Positions 28,865 to 37,587 of a DNA stretch of 64,000 nt are shown here, in pieces. A program made the translations under genes and the position numbers. The notes under the pieces were generated by a model, which was not told the origin of the DNA, made no database searches, and was given only the letters and a program-made list of their open reading frames with translations. Numbering within the stretch: the first letter of the stretch is position 1; each line of letters begins with the position of its first letter. This DNA is from a virus (taxonomy: Duplodnaviria > Caudoviricetes): positions 32,001 through 96,000 of the IMG/VR virus record IMGVR_UViG_3300046739_000039. One strand, 5' to 3'.

Positions 28865-29128
28865 ATGAATTTCATAGCCGTGATTCTCATGGCTGCGTAC
28901 GTGTGGTTATTCGTAAGCAACTTTACAACACGCGTACCTGGGTGGTTGATCCACTTGACAGTGATCCCCATCATCGCCTATCTTGCTCTACATGCACCGC
29001 ACGACACACAGAACATCCTGGGTGTTGCTGGTGGTGTAATGCTGGTACAGTCGTTCTTCAAGAACGATACGTCCGCACCCAAGAGCCCTGTCAAGAGACG
29101 GAGATCCAATATACCTCCGCCCCCTTGA
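28865..29128 (+). CDS. Small membrane protein (three hydrophobic segments; holin-like)
   Basis: RBS AAGGAG; hydrophobic helices and a basic C-terminal tail. Confidence 0.6.
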   Translation: MNFIAVILMAAYVWLFVSNFTTRVPGWLIHLTVIPIIAYLALHAPHDTQNILGVAGGVMLVQSFFKNDTSAPKSPVKRRRSNIPPPP

Positions 29129-29153
29129 CAGATCCGCAGAGACTATCTACAGT
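29125..29153 (+). promoter_or_regulatory. Sigma70/HrdB-type promoter for the non-structural region
   Basis: TTGACA-N17-TACAGT upstream of a gene with RBS AGGAGG. Confidence 0.7.
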
Positions 29154-29185
29154 CGTAATCACTTAAACATCTACAGGAGGCAAAC

Positions 29186-30181
29186 ATGACCCGCGACTTC
29201 AGTAAGGACCTGACGATCATGGTCGCAGGTTCCGGCAACGCTACCATGACTCATCTTGAAGAGTCTCTGGCTGAGTGGATCTTTGGATCTGTTGACGAGC
29301 GAGAGGTGCACGTGATTCTTCCCGTGCTCTCTGAGATGGGTCCGGGCGTCCGGAATCTCATCAAGCTCGGTATGGAATGGGAGTTCAAGTTCACTGTTAT
29401 TCAGGCCAAGGATGCGCCTATGACTCGTGAACTGTCTGGAGTTCCTGAGGATTCCTTTGTCCGCATGGATGGAGAGCGTGAAGCATTGGAGCATGGTCTG
29501 TCGCTTCTGACGGAGCGTGACAAGGCTGGAGATGAGACTGCTTTCTTCCTGGCCTATGATCCGAAGAGCACCTATGAGCAGGGTAATCCTGCTCTCTCTG
29601 ACTTTGAGATCATTGGAGATGCTAAGAATTACCAGTGGCTCACCACTCTGAATCTCTGTGAGGGTCTTATCGATTCCTTTGAGGGATTCGAGACTACTGA
29701 TGAGATGCTTAAGAGGGAACGTCTTCAGCGTGAGTTTGAGGACAAGCAGCGAGCAGAAGAGGCTGCTAAGCCTAAGCCTGCTAAGAAGGCTGTAGCTACC
29801 CGTAAGAGGGCCGTGAAGAAGGTGGAGCCCCAGGAGTCCAAGCCCCTCGTTGCAGAGGCTGAGAAGCCCCTTCAGGAGCCTTCTGAGGCTAAGACTGAGG
29901 ACCCGTGGAATGGAGTGAACAAGGGATTCCCTAATCCTCACCGTGAGCCCCTGCCGGGTAACCCTGTGCATGACAACAAGCTGTCTGCCAACGTTACTAT
30001 TGCTGTGCCCACTCCTGACATTCAGGAAGATATTCGTGAGGCACATGCTGAAATTGTCAAGCGTAATACTGTTGCTGTGTCCCGTGACGATCTGGCTGAC
30101 CTTAGTCAGAACATCAAGGAACTCTCTTCGGCATTCGGTAACATCATGGATACCTTTACTCGAATCCTTAAGGACAGCTAA
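29186..30181 (+). CDS. Hypothetical early protein (N-terminal Rossmann/SLOG-like, K/A/P-rich linker, C-terminal coiled coil)
   Basis: 331 aa; strong RBS; IMVAGSG motif. Confidence 0.7.
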   Translation: MTRDFSKDLTIMVAGSGNATMTHLEESLAEWIFGSVDEREVHVILPVLSEMGPGVRNLIKLGMEWEFKFTVIQAKDAPMTRELSGVPEDSFVRMDGEREALEHGLSLLTERDKAGDETAFFLAYDPKSTYEQGNPALSDFEIIGDAKNYQWLTTLNLCEGLIDSFEGFETTDEMLKRERLQREFEDKQRAEEAAKPKPAKKAVATRKRAVKKVEPQESKPLVAEAEKPLQEPSEAKTEDPWNGVNKGFPNPHREPLPGNPVHDNKLSANVTIAVPTPDIQEDIREAHAEIVKRNTVAVSRDDLADLSQNIKELSSAFGNIMDTFTRILKDS

Positions 30182-30435
30182 TGTTTCCTCGTAAGAAGCC
30201 CATGCTTGAATTCAAGATGAAAGTAACTATCGACCACACGCCGAATCATGTGGTTATTGAATATACGACACACGCAAGGACTGCCACTAAGGCTATTGCT
30301 GCTACCTTTACTCACTTCAATGATGAAAAGGTAGTCTGCATTAGTGGTAATGGTAAGAGTAATGTCTATCCCCGAAGCAGGCTGCTGGGTATTGAGTGTG
30401 TCTTTGTAAAGGAATTGGCAAATGACAAAGACTGA
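30181..30435 (+). CDS. Hypothetical protein
   Basis: TAATG coupling to the upstream gene. Confidence 0.65.
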   Translation: MFPRKKPMLEFKMKVTIDHTPNHVVIEYTTHARTATKAIAATFTHFNDEKVVCISGNGKSNVYPRSRLLGIECVFVKELANDKD

Positions 30436-30724
30436 TATGGTGGGCCTGGGTTGCCCTGAGCTTCCCGATGGCTATTACTACAACGTTTATGTTTCAAGCT
30501 CTGAGGGAAGTATTTATCTCTCTGTGTATCAGGAACGTAAGCGTATGTGGGACAAGCGTATCTTCAATACCCATGACTACCCCAGGTACTTCAATGGTGA
30601 GCGCGAGGGTATTGACGAGATTATCAAGCGATTGGCTGATGAGTACCAGGACCACGTAGCACGTCGAATCAAGACAGTGGAATGGTACGCTAACGCCAAG
30701 AAGTACAAAGGAGATCATAAGTAG
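30422..30724 (+). CDS. Hypothetical protein
   Basis: PELPDGY motif; RBS AAGGA. Confidence 0.65.
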   Translation: MTKTDMVGLGCPELPDGYYYNVYVSSSEGSIYLSVYQERKRMWDKRIFNTHDYPRYFNGEREGIDEIIKRLADEYQDHVARRIKTVEWYANAKKYKGDHK

Positions 30725-31053
30725 TGGTAAGTGCACGTTGTATGCGAGATATGACCTGCGTATTGGAGAGTGGTCACAAGGGAAACTGTGAGTTTATCCC
30801 GTGGCCTACTGCTGATCAGCTCCGAGAGATGAGCAAGGAGCCTAAGCAGATCGGTGGGACGCACTACAAGACCATGGAGATTCAGCCATGGGAGGTGATC
30901 GAACGCGCTGAGCTTGACTTCTGGGAAGGTAATGTGGTTAAGTACGTCATGCGCTACCGATCCAAGAACGGCCTGGAAGATCTTGAGAAGGCCCTTCATT
31001 ATCTTGAGTACCTAATTGAAAGGGAAAAGAAGAATGCCGAATCCGACATCTGA
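30724..31053 (+). CDS. DUF3310/SaV-like protein
   Basis: QIGGTHYK...GNVVKYV.R...KNG.EDL.KA..YL. Confidence 0.85.
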   Translation: MVSARCMRDMTCVLESGHKGNCEFIPWPTADQLREMSKEPKQIGGTHYKTMEIQPWEVIERAELDFWEGNVVKYVMRYRSKNGLEDLEKALHYLEYLIEREKKNAESDI

Positions 31054-31324
31054 GTTCGTTATTGAAGTTCTGATGGATGAGTGGCCTGAGTGGGATGGTA
31101 ACGAGCTTTACACCACGAAGGAACTTGCCGAATACTTTGGTATTCAGGATTACGTGTCATCCTTCTATGACAAGTGGCTGGCTGATATTCCAGAGGCCGA
31201 AGAGCCTGGAGGATTTCACTGGTTGTTCATCAGTAAGGGTCTGTACCATCTTCAAGAGGACGGCAGTCCTACGGGTGTGTCTATGCGGTTCCGCCACGTT
31301 CACGGAGACTGGAGTAAGGCATGA
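31034..31324 (+). CDS. Hypothetical protein
   Basis: Acidic ORF with phage-like codon usage; ATG 31034. Confidence 0.6.
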   Translation: MPNPTSEFVIEVLMDEWPEWDGNELYTTKELAEYFGIQDYVSSFYDKWLADIPEAEEPGGFHWLFISKGLYHLQEDGSPTGVSMRFRHVHGDWSKA

Positions 31325-31440
31325 TTTCTATTCCGCTTAGTTGGCTGATCATCTTCGCCATCTTTGGTGCAGTTTGTTTCGGTAAGTATCTTGTCCAGGG
31401 ACTCATTGGTCTGTGGATTGTGTTGAGATGGGGTAAGTAA
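31321..31440 (+). CDS. Small membrane protein (39 aa, not in ORF track)
   Basis: MISIPLSWLIIFAIFGAVCFGKYLVQGLIGLWIVLRWGK; ATGA overlap, RBS GGAG, fills the gap exactly. Confidence 0.6.
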   Translation: MISIPLSWLIIFAIFGAVCFGKYLVQGLIGLWIVLRWGK

Positions 31441-31836
31441 TTGACAGCCCAGGATATCTGGGACGACCTATGGGGATCTCCAAAGAAAGAGGAGGTCCCC
31501 GTTAAGTCGTCTTTTAATTCAGTTGAACTAGCTAGGTATTTCCAGGACCAATTCATTGGTGCCAAATGGCATTCAGGATTTGGAATGGTTAACCTACAAG
31601 CACTGGCAGCACAGTTTGCCAAGTGGAAATCTCGTACTGACTCTGCTACAGTCAGAGCCATGATCGATCTGTACATGACCGATGAGTCTCTACGTGGGAA
31701 GAATCCTGGGTGGACAGACTTCCTTGGACATGCTGAGATGATCAATGCTAAGCTCACAGCTAAGCCGGTCAAGGATGAGTGGGATCTGATTGAAGAGGAG
31801 TGGGAACGAGAGCATGGTAAAGATTCAACTGTCTGA
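31441..31836 (+). CDS. Hypothetical protein (possible initiator-associated helical protein)
   Basis: 131 aa directly upstream of the DnaC-like loader. Confidence 0.65.
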   Translation: MTAQDIWDDLWGSPKKEEVPVKSSFNSVELARYFQDQFIGAKWHSGFGMVNLQALAAQFAKWKSRTDSATVRAMIDLYMTDESLRGKNPGWTDFLGHAEMINAKLTAKPVKDEWDLIEEEWEREHGKDSTV

Positions 31837-32491
31837 CGAGTTCTATGCACAGCGCTGGGATGGCGCTAATATCCCTATCAAGTTCCGGGGAATTCGACTG
31901 GCAGACTATCAGTCACCTCACGCTACTGGTCTCCGGGCTAAGGAAGCTGCTGAGGTATTCGTCAATAACTTTGAGGATCATTATGTTTCAGCAAAGCGTG
32001 CGGCGGCGGGTATTTTTCCGGACGACCGTTCTAATATCGGCCGTGGTCTCTTGCTGGCTGGTCGCAATGGTACTAGGAAATCTACTCTTGCGAACGCTAT
32101 TCTGACTGAGGTTCAGTATCGTAGTCCGTCGTACCGTGTCTTCTACATTCGATTCTCTGACTGGAAGAAGGCATTGACAGACACCTTCACCAAGGAGGAT
32201 ACTGAGGAAAAGGTTAAGGGTCGAAAGATTCTGAAGCTCGTTGAGCTGTCGCACCTGGTTGTCCTTGATGACATTGGACAGGAGCACCGTACGTCTTCAG
32301 GCTTTACAGAGTCTTCCCTTCACGAACTACTTCGTGTACGCTATGAAGCGGCACGACCCACCATTATCACTACGAACATCAGCTTGGCGAAAATTCCTGA
32401 GGTATATGACATCTCATTCGACAGTTTCCGCCACGATGCTTTTGACCCTCATGTTATTGTGGGTCCTGACACACGAAAGACTGAGGATTAA
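31814..32491 (+). CDS. dnaC: DnaC/IstB-like helicase loader AAA+ ATPase
   Basis: GLLLAGRNGTRKST, LVVLDDIGQE, R.R....PTIITTN and GPD.R motifs. Confidence 0.85.
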   Translation: MVKIQLSDEFYAQRWDGANIPIKFRGIRLADYQSPHATGLRAKEAAEVFVNNFEDHYVSAKRAAAGIFPDDRSNIGRGLLLAGRNGTRKSTLANAILTEVQYRSPSYRVFYIRFSDWKKALTDTFTKEDTEEKVKGRKILKLVELSHLVVLDDIGQEHRTSSGFTESSLHELLRVRYEAARPTIITTNISLAKIPEVYDISFDSFRHDAFDPHVIVGPDTRKTED

Positions 32492-32728
32492 ATGCGGGAA
32501 TCTCGAAATATATTTGATCTGCTTGGAAAGATTGACTGGGAAGGTGGTATTGCTTCTGTTCTTGAGTATGGACTCCAGGACATTGAGGAGTACGACGTTC
32601 CCGAGGTTTTGAAGGATGCATGGGCTGATATGGCTGATGTCTATGCTGAATTTGAACTGGCACAAGAGGCAGTGGCTGATCTACTGCATAAGGCAGAGTA
32701 CCGATACAACGAGGAGAAGGACTACTGA
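32492..32728 (+). CDS. Hypothetical protein
   Basis: KIDWEGG motif common in actinophage small genes. Confidence 0.7.
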   Translation: MRESRNIFDLLGKIDWEGGIASVLEYGLQDIEEYDVPEVLKDAWADMADVYAEFELAQEAVADLLHKAEYRYNEEKDY

Positions 32729-33003
32729 TGGACGCTTACAAGGGAGTAGTTGAGATTATCGGTGCGCTTACGGATTACGGGGTTATGCTCCCTGATAATC
32801 CGTACGATGCCAAGAACCTTGAGGATGCTCTGGTTGAGTTCCTTGACAGGTTCTTCGATGACGCCTACGATGAGGGTCAGGAGGACAACGACGGTCCTGC
32901 CTATGACCGTGGCTTTGACCGTGGGTACGACGAAGGCTATAATCGTGGCCAGAAGGAAGGTTACGACGAAGGGTACGAGAACGGTACCTATCAGAGTCTG
33001 TAG
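32728..33003 (+). CDS. Hypothetical protein with YDxG tetrapeptide repeats
   Basis: AYDRGFDRGYDEGYNRGQKEGYDEGYENG. Confidence 0.7.
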   Translation: MDAYKGVVEIIGALTDYGVMLPDNPYDAKNLEDALVEFLDRFFDDAYDEGQEDNDGPAYDRGFDRGYDEGYNRGQKEGYDEGYENGTYQSL

Positions 33004-33062
33004 TTCCTGTAGGGTCTAAGGTTGCCCCCTTAGGCCCGGCTGGAATTATCGATAGGAGAGAA

Positions 33063-33311
33063 GTGGAACTAGCCAGTTGGTTCCTAGCTGCGCTGGGTGC
33101 CATAGGAGTTTATCTATCAGGTAAGAATAGATGGGGCTGGGCTATTGGTGTTCTCTATCAAGTGCTCTGGATTATCTACGCTTACTTTACTCATCAATAC
33201 GGATTCATAGGGGTCTGTGTTGTGTACGCTGTACTTTATGCCAAGAATTTCTATGAAGGAGAGAAGAGTGAGCACGATAATCCTGACGACCGGACTTCCG
33301 GGATCGGGTAA
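33063..33311 (+). CDS. PnuC-like small membrane protein
   Basis: G.YL.G..RWGW.IG...Q.LW..YA....QYGF. Confidence 0.65.
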   Translation: MELASWFLAALGAIGVYLSGKNRWGWAIGVLYQVLWIIYAYFTHQYGFIGVCVVYAVLYAKNFYEGEKSEHDNPDDRTSGIG

Positions 33312-34167
33312 GAGTACGTGGGCTAAGCAGCATGCTAAGCAGTCCAATGGAGATATTGTTCTGACTTCGCGTGACGACATTCGGCTGATGCTGGGTATTG
33401 GTCCTATCGGAAATAAGGATCAGGAAGCCCTGGTATCCAAGGTTCAGGATGACATTATCGTTCGGGTTATTAATGAGGGTAAGGGACTTATTGTTCACGA
33501 TACAAATCTGAATGCTCGTCCTGCTACTCGAATTAAGAAGTTGTTCGATGGTGAGGTGAAGTTCGCTGTTGCTGACTTTACTGAGGTGCCTATTGAGGTT
33601 TGCATTGAGCGTGATGCTCAGCGGCCGAACCCTGTAGGTGAGCCGGTTATCCGCAACATGGCTAAGCAGCTCCAGAAGCAGTGGCGCCTTACTCCGGAAT
33701 GGCTGAACGATAAGACTCTGTCCGCTCCAATTGTGTATGATCCCAAGCTCCCTTGGTGTGTAGTGTTTGACACCGATGGAACTACTGCTCACCACAACCG
33801 TTCTCCGTATGACTACCCCAAGTGCTACAGTGATACGGTTGACCTGAACATCAAGATGCTTCTTAAGATCATCTATGCTCAGGGTGAGTACGACAACATT
33901 ACTCTGATTGGCATGTCCGGTCGTCCGGATACATGGCGAGACATGACAGAGCAGTGGTACCGTGATAACGGTATTTGGTATGACGACTTCTACATGCGTC
34001 CGGCTGGTGATGGGCGTCCGGACACTGTGATCAAGCAGGAGATGTACGACAAGTACATTCGCGGGAAGTACAACGTCCTTATTCACCTGGACGACCGTGA
34101 CAGTGTTGTCCGCGCAATCCGTAAGCTGGGCGTAAAGGTAGCTCAGGTAGCTCCAGGAGATTTCTAA
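33268..34167 (+). CDS. pseT: Polynucleotide 5'-kinase/3'-phosphatase (T4 PseT-like)
   Basis: GLPGSGKST and SRDDIR kinase domain; FDTDGT, SGR and DDR HAD phosphatase domain; GTG 33268 after AAGGAG. Confidence 0.93.
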   Translation: MSTIILTTGLPGSGKSTWAKQHAKQSNGDIVLTSRDDIRLMLGIGPIGNKDQEALVSKVQDDIIVRVINEGKGLIVHDTNLNARPATRIKKLFDGEVKFAVADFTEVPIEVCIERDAQRPNPVGEPVIRNMAKQLQKQWRLTPEWLNDKTLSAPIVYDPKLPWCVVFDTDGTTAHHNRSPYDYPKCYSDTVDLNIKMLLKIIYAQGEYDNITLIGMSGRPDTWRDMTEQWYRDNGIWYDDFYMRPAGDGRPDTVIKQEMYDKYIRGKYNVLIHLDDRDSVVRAIRKLGVKVAQVAPGDF

Positions 34168-34382
34168 TGGGAAAAGATGCTAGACCATACGCCAAAGGAC
34201 ATGACGCTAACGATCGATATGATATGCAGAGTCTAGTCATGGGTGAGTGGGTTACTATCTGTAGAGTTACGAAGGCTGGTGGAGCTAATAAGGCTCGCAC
34301 TGGTGCGAAGAACTCAGGTAACCCACACCGTATTTACAACGTAACCAAGAGTACGGTTTATATCTTGGTGGACCCACGATGA
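34167..34382 (+). CDS. Hypothetical protein
   Basis: Coupled by TAATG; fills the gap. Confidence 0.55.
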   Translation: MGKDARPYAKGHDANDRYDMQSLVMGEWVTICRVTKAGGANKARTGAKNSGNPHRIYNVTKSTVYILVDPR

Positions 34383-34717
34383 AACTACAACAGAATAAGA
34401 GATGGTCTTACGATCGTTTCACCGATGATGCTGGTACAGTGTGGAAGGTGCATAAGGCTGACCTTTGTGAGGGAGAAAACTGCACCATCCACAACCCCTC
34501 TGATCATGCCCTGAAGGATGCTAAGCTGATTCTTCGTGTGGGCAGTCCCTTCAGCGGTAAGCCTCACGGCTTTGGTGAACGCTTCTGTGAGCACGGTATT
34601 GGACACAGTGATCCGGACAGTGTATCCTTTTATGCACGACAAGGTTCACACGGCCTGGGTGTCCATGGCTGTGACGGTTGCTGCCAAGGAAGGTATGAGG
34701 AAATCCAGAATGGTTGA
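34379..34717 (+). CDS. Cys/His-rich metal-binding hypothetical protein
   Basis: H....C.G..C.IH.PSDH, ERFCEHGIGH.DPD and HGCDGCC. Confidence 0.7.
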   Translation: MKLQQNKRWSYDRFTDDAGTVWKVHKADLCEGENCTIHNPSDHALKDAKLILRVGSPFSGKPHGFGERFCEHGIGHSDPDSVSFYARQGSHGLGVHGCDGCCQGRYEEIQNG

Positions 34718-34877
34718 TGTATTGCACGGCGGGGAAGATCCAGAAGACTGGAATCCAGAGGATGTAAGTATTGCCTCTGACCCGCTGACTGTAGAAGAGA
34801 TGGATGAGAGAGGAATTCAGTTTTACGTAGACAGAATTCAAGCTCAGATTGAGGCGATGTTGAGTGAGGAAGGGTGA
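34710..34877 (+). CDS. Small acidic hypothetical protein
   Basis: MVDVLHGGEDPEDW...; RBS GAGG. Confidence 0.55.
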   Translation: MVDVLHGGEDPEDWNPEDVSIASDPLTVEEMDERGIQFYVDRIQAQIEAMLSEEG

Positions 34878-35319
34878 GTTAAGTTCTGAAACTCTCCCCA
34901 GAGTCTATGTGGTATTTGAGGGCTTAATTGGTCTGCCACCTACGTCTGCCAAGGACCGAACCGCAGAGCTATTGGCGCGGAAAAGGAAAAAGTGGCAACA
35001 GGTAGCAGACTATTACCAACTGAATATCAAGACTTCACAAGGAATACGGGATCTGTATTGGCGACAGCGTTTCAGAGTAGACGTGATCACCTTTATAGAT
35101 CCCGGTTTTGTTTCAGCTATCAGAGATAAACTCGACAGTAGAAGTTTGCTGTTTGGGGATGTACATTACTATGACACAGAGCTGCTGTTAGCAGACCTGA
35201 CCTACGATCCTGCCATCATTGGTGTGCTGGACCCTGACCCCAAGCGTCAGTTGACATGGGGAAGCAAGGGTAGGTACTGTGCATCCGAGCAGATCAACTT
35301 GATTCAACTTCTGGCATAG
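34864..35319 (+). CDS. Hypothetical protein (degenerate HAD-like), upstream of the helicase
   Basis: VVFEGLI N-terminal strand; position before DnaB. Confidence 0.6.
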   Translation: MRKGELSSETLPRVYVVFEGLIGLPPTSAKDRTAELLARKRKKWQQVADYYQLNIKTSQGIRDLYWRQRFRVDVITFIDPGFVSAIRDKLDSRSLLFGDVHYYDTELLLADLTYDPAIIGVLDPDPKRQLTWGSKGRYCASEQINLIQLLA

Positions 35320-35327
35320 GAGGAATT

Positions 35328-36620
35328 TTGGCAGCGACATTCAATGTCGAAAAGCTTTTCATTTCAAAGATTATTCAAGAGCAAGACATGAAGGAAGTCG
35401 CTGATGTTCCTCCGTACTTCCTGAATGACCCTGATTACCGTGCGGCATTTGAATTCATCAGAAACTATTACTCTGAGATTGGTTCTGTACCTACTCAGCG
35501 TGTGTTCATGATGGACTTCAAGACTCCTACGGACCGTAAGCCCCTTAAGCTCGTTGAAGTTGATGAGCCGTGGGAAGATATTAAAAAGCGTATTGAACGT
35601 CAGTATATTTCTGGCATTATCGCTGACAATATGGATAAGTTCACCGATGCTTATGATGCTGGTGATATTGAGACGGCGGTTAACCTTCTCTCTGTCACTG
35701 TTTCAGAGGCTCACACGGCTATCCCCAGTAGTCGCGATGTGGACGTGTCCCAGAACGGTCAGGAGAGGCTTGCAAGGTACCAGGAACGGCGTGACAACCC
35801 CGGTACCCTGGTAGGAGTCCCTACAGGGTTTCCGACGATTGACAGAGCCACACAGGGCCTTCAGCCTGGTCAGCTCGTTACTGTTACAGGTCTGGCCAAG
35901 GCTTCTAAGTCCACGCTGGCTATGCGAATGGCTATGACTATTCAGGAGAACGGTTATCGTGTACTGTATCTGACGTATGAGCAGACGGTAGAGGAACAGG
36001 AGCGTAGGCTTGATGCTTACCGTGCCGGTTTCAATGACAACCTTCTGAACAGTGGCGAGATCGATCATGATAATTGGTTGAAGCTTCAAGAGGGTATCAA
36101 GCTTACTGAGCAGTATGAGCCCATGATGATCTCTGAAGACTGTATGACTGTTGCTGCGATCGGTTCAAAGATTGACATCTTCAAGCCTGACGTGGTAATT
36201 ATTGACGGTACTTACATGCTTGAAGACGAACGAGGAGAGCCTAAGGGATCTCCTATGGCTCTGGCCAACATCGTTTCGGGCTTGAAGTTCCTTGCGATGC
36301 GACGTAGTATCTGTGTCGTGGCAGTGACTCAGTCGACACCCGCCCGTACTAAGGGGGAGACGCTGAACACTGACTCGATCATGGGTTCCCGTGCGTTTGT
36401 CCAGTACAGCAACACGGTTATCGGTATTGAGCGCACGGAAGATGTCACTATGCGTAAGATGAAGATCATCATGTCTCGATCTTGTGCACCGTGTGAGATC
36501 GTGCTACTGTTTGACTACGACACAGGCGAGTTCGTAGAGCTGGAAGGCTTTGACTTGGACGATGATCTTGACAAGGAGCTAATGGATGAAGATTCCTCAG
36601 TATTTGCAGGGGGTTTCTAG
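35328..36620 (+). CDS. dnaB: Replicative DnaB-like helicase
   Basis: GVPTGF..ID..T.GLQPGQL, VVIIDG and AVTQ motifs. Confidence 0.92.
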   Translation: MAATFNVEKLFISKIIQEQDMKEVADVPPYFLNDPDYRAAFEFIRNYYSEIGSVPTQRVFMMDFKTPTDRKPLKLVEVDEPWEDIKKRIERQYISGIIADNMDKFTDAYDAGDIETAVNLLSVTVSEAHTAIPSSRDVDVSQNGQERLARYQERRDNPGTLVGVPTGFPTIDRATQGLQPGQLVTVTGLAKASKSTLAMRMAMTIQENGYRVLYLTYEQTVEEQERRLDAYRAGFNDNLLNSGEIDHDNWLKLQEGIKLTEQYEPMMISEDCMTVAAIGSKIDIFKPDVVIIDGTYMLEDERGEPKGSPMALANIVSGLKFLAMRRSICVVAVTQSTPARTKGETLNTDSIMGSRAFVQYSNTVIGIERTEDVTMRKMKIIMSRSCAPCEIVLLFDYDTGEFVELEGFDLDDDLDKELMDEDSSVFAGGF

Positions 36621-37587
36621 CGGCTGGAACAGTCGTACGACACCAACCCCAGGTGATGTGCTAGCTTGTCTGGAAGAACTTGGGATTGACGTTGCTCGTA
36701 TCATCCATGAAGAAGCTTGGGCTGTGTGTCCAGGACACTTTGAGAGGGTGGGAAAGCACAATACTCGCCCTAATAAGTGGTCAGTTAATATCGAAACAGG
36801 TCAGCATTCCTGTTTCTCATGCGGTTTCAGTGGTTCATTCGTTTACCTAGTCCAGGAGGTTAAGGGATATGACAGATCAGATGCTGAACAGTGGGTCCGT
36901 AGTCGTGGTGGAGTCGAACGACTACGACGAGTACTGGCTGATCCCCAAGGGAGGTCTGCTGGTGTCGAACGAGACTCGGGGATACAACCGTGGAATGAAG
37001 CACGACTGGCACTCTTCAATGCTCCACCGTACGCGGCACTGGACGGACGAAGAGTATCTGCGGGAGCGGTAAGTCATTACGGAGTCCTCTGGGATTCTGA
37101 AAAGGAAAACTGGATTCTCCCCATACGTGATCCTGATACGGGGTCACTATGGGGATACCAGGAAAAGGGCTCGGGCTGGTTCTGTAATAAGCCAGCCCGA
37201 GTCCCTAAGGGAGATACGCTATTCGGAATTAAGGCATTGAATGGCTCGACGGCAGTACTATTGGAAAGTCCTCTCGATTGTTTGCGCCTACATACTGCTG
37301 GCATTGGTGGCGGTGTATCTTCTTTTGGGGTAGGCGTAACTGAACGTCAGCTTGATCTTCTGTTCGACAGAGCAGAGATTGTTATCTTCGCCCTTGACAA
37401 TGACGAAGTTGGGCTTCGTAAGATGTGGGAACTACGTCAGAGATACCTGAGGAGCGGTAAGCGAATCAAGTTCATTGACTACACCCACATTCCCTGGGCA
37501 AAGGATATTGGAACTGAGGGAGTAACTGATCAGGATATCCAAAAGGCTATACTGAAAGCGAAATCCCTGCTAAACTATCGCCCATGA
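36586..37587 (+). CDS. dnaG: DNA primase (CHC2 Zn finger + TOPRIM)
   Basis: CPGH...CFSCG; LLESPLD; ALDND..G. Confidence 0.9.
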   Translation: MKIPQYLQGVSSGWNSRTTPTPGDVLACLEELGIDVARIIHEEAWAVCPGHFERVGKHNTRPNKWSVNIETGQHSCFSCGFSGSFVYLVQEVKGYDRSDAEQWVRSRGGVERLRRVLADPQGRSAGVERDSGIQPWNEARLALFNAPPYAALDGRRVSAGAVSHYGVLWDSEKENWILPIRDPDTGSLWGYQEKGSGWFCNKPARVPKGDTLFGIKALNGSTAVLLESPLDCLRLHTAGIGGGVSSFGVGVTERQLDLLFDRAEIVIFALDNDEVGLRKMWELRQRYLRSGKRIKFIDYTHIPWAKDIGTEGVTDQDIQKAILKAKSLLNYRP

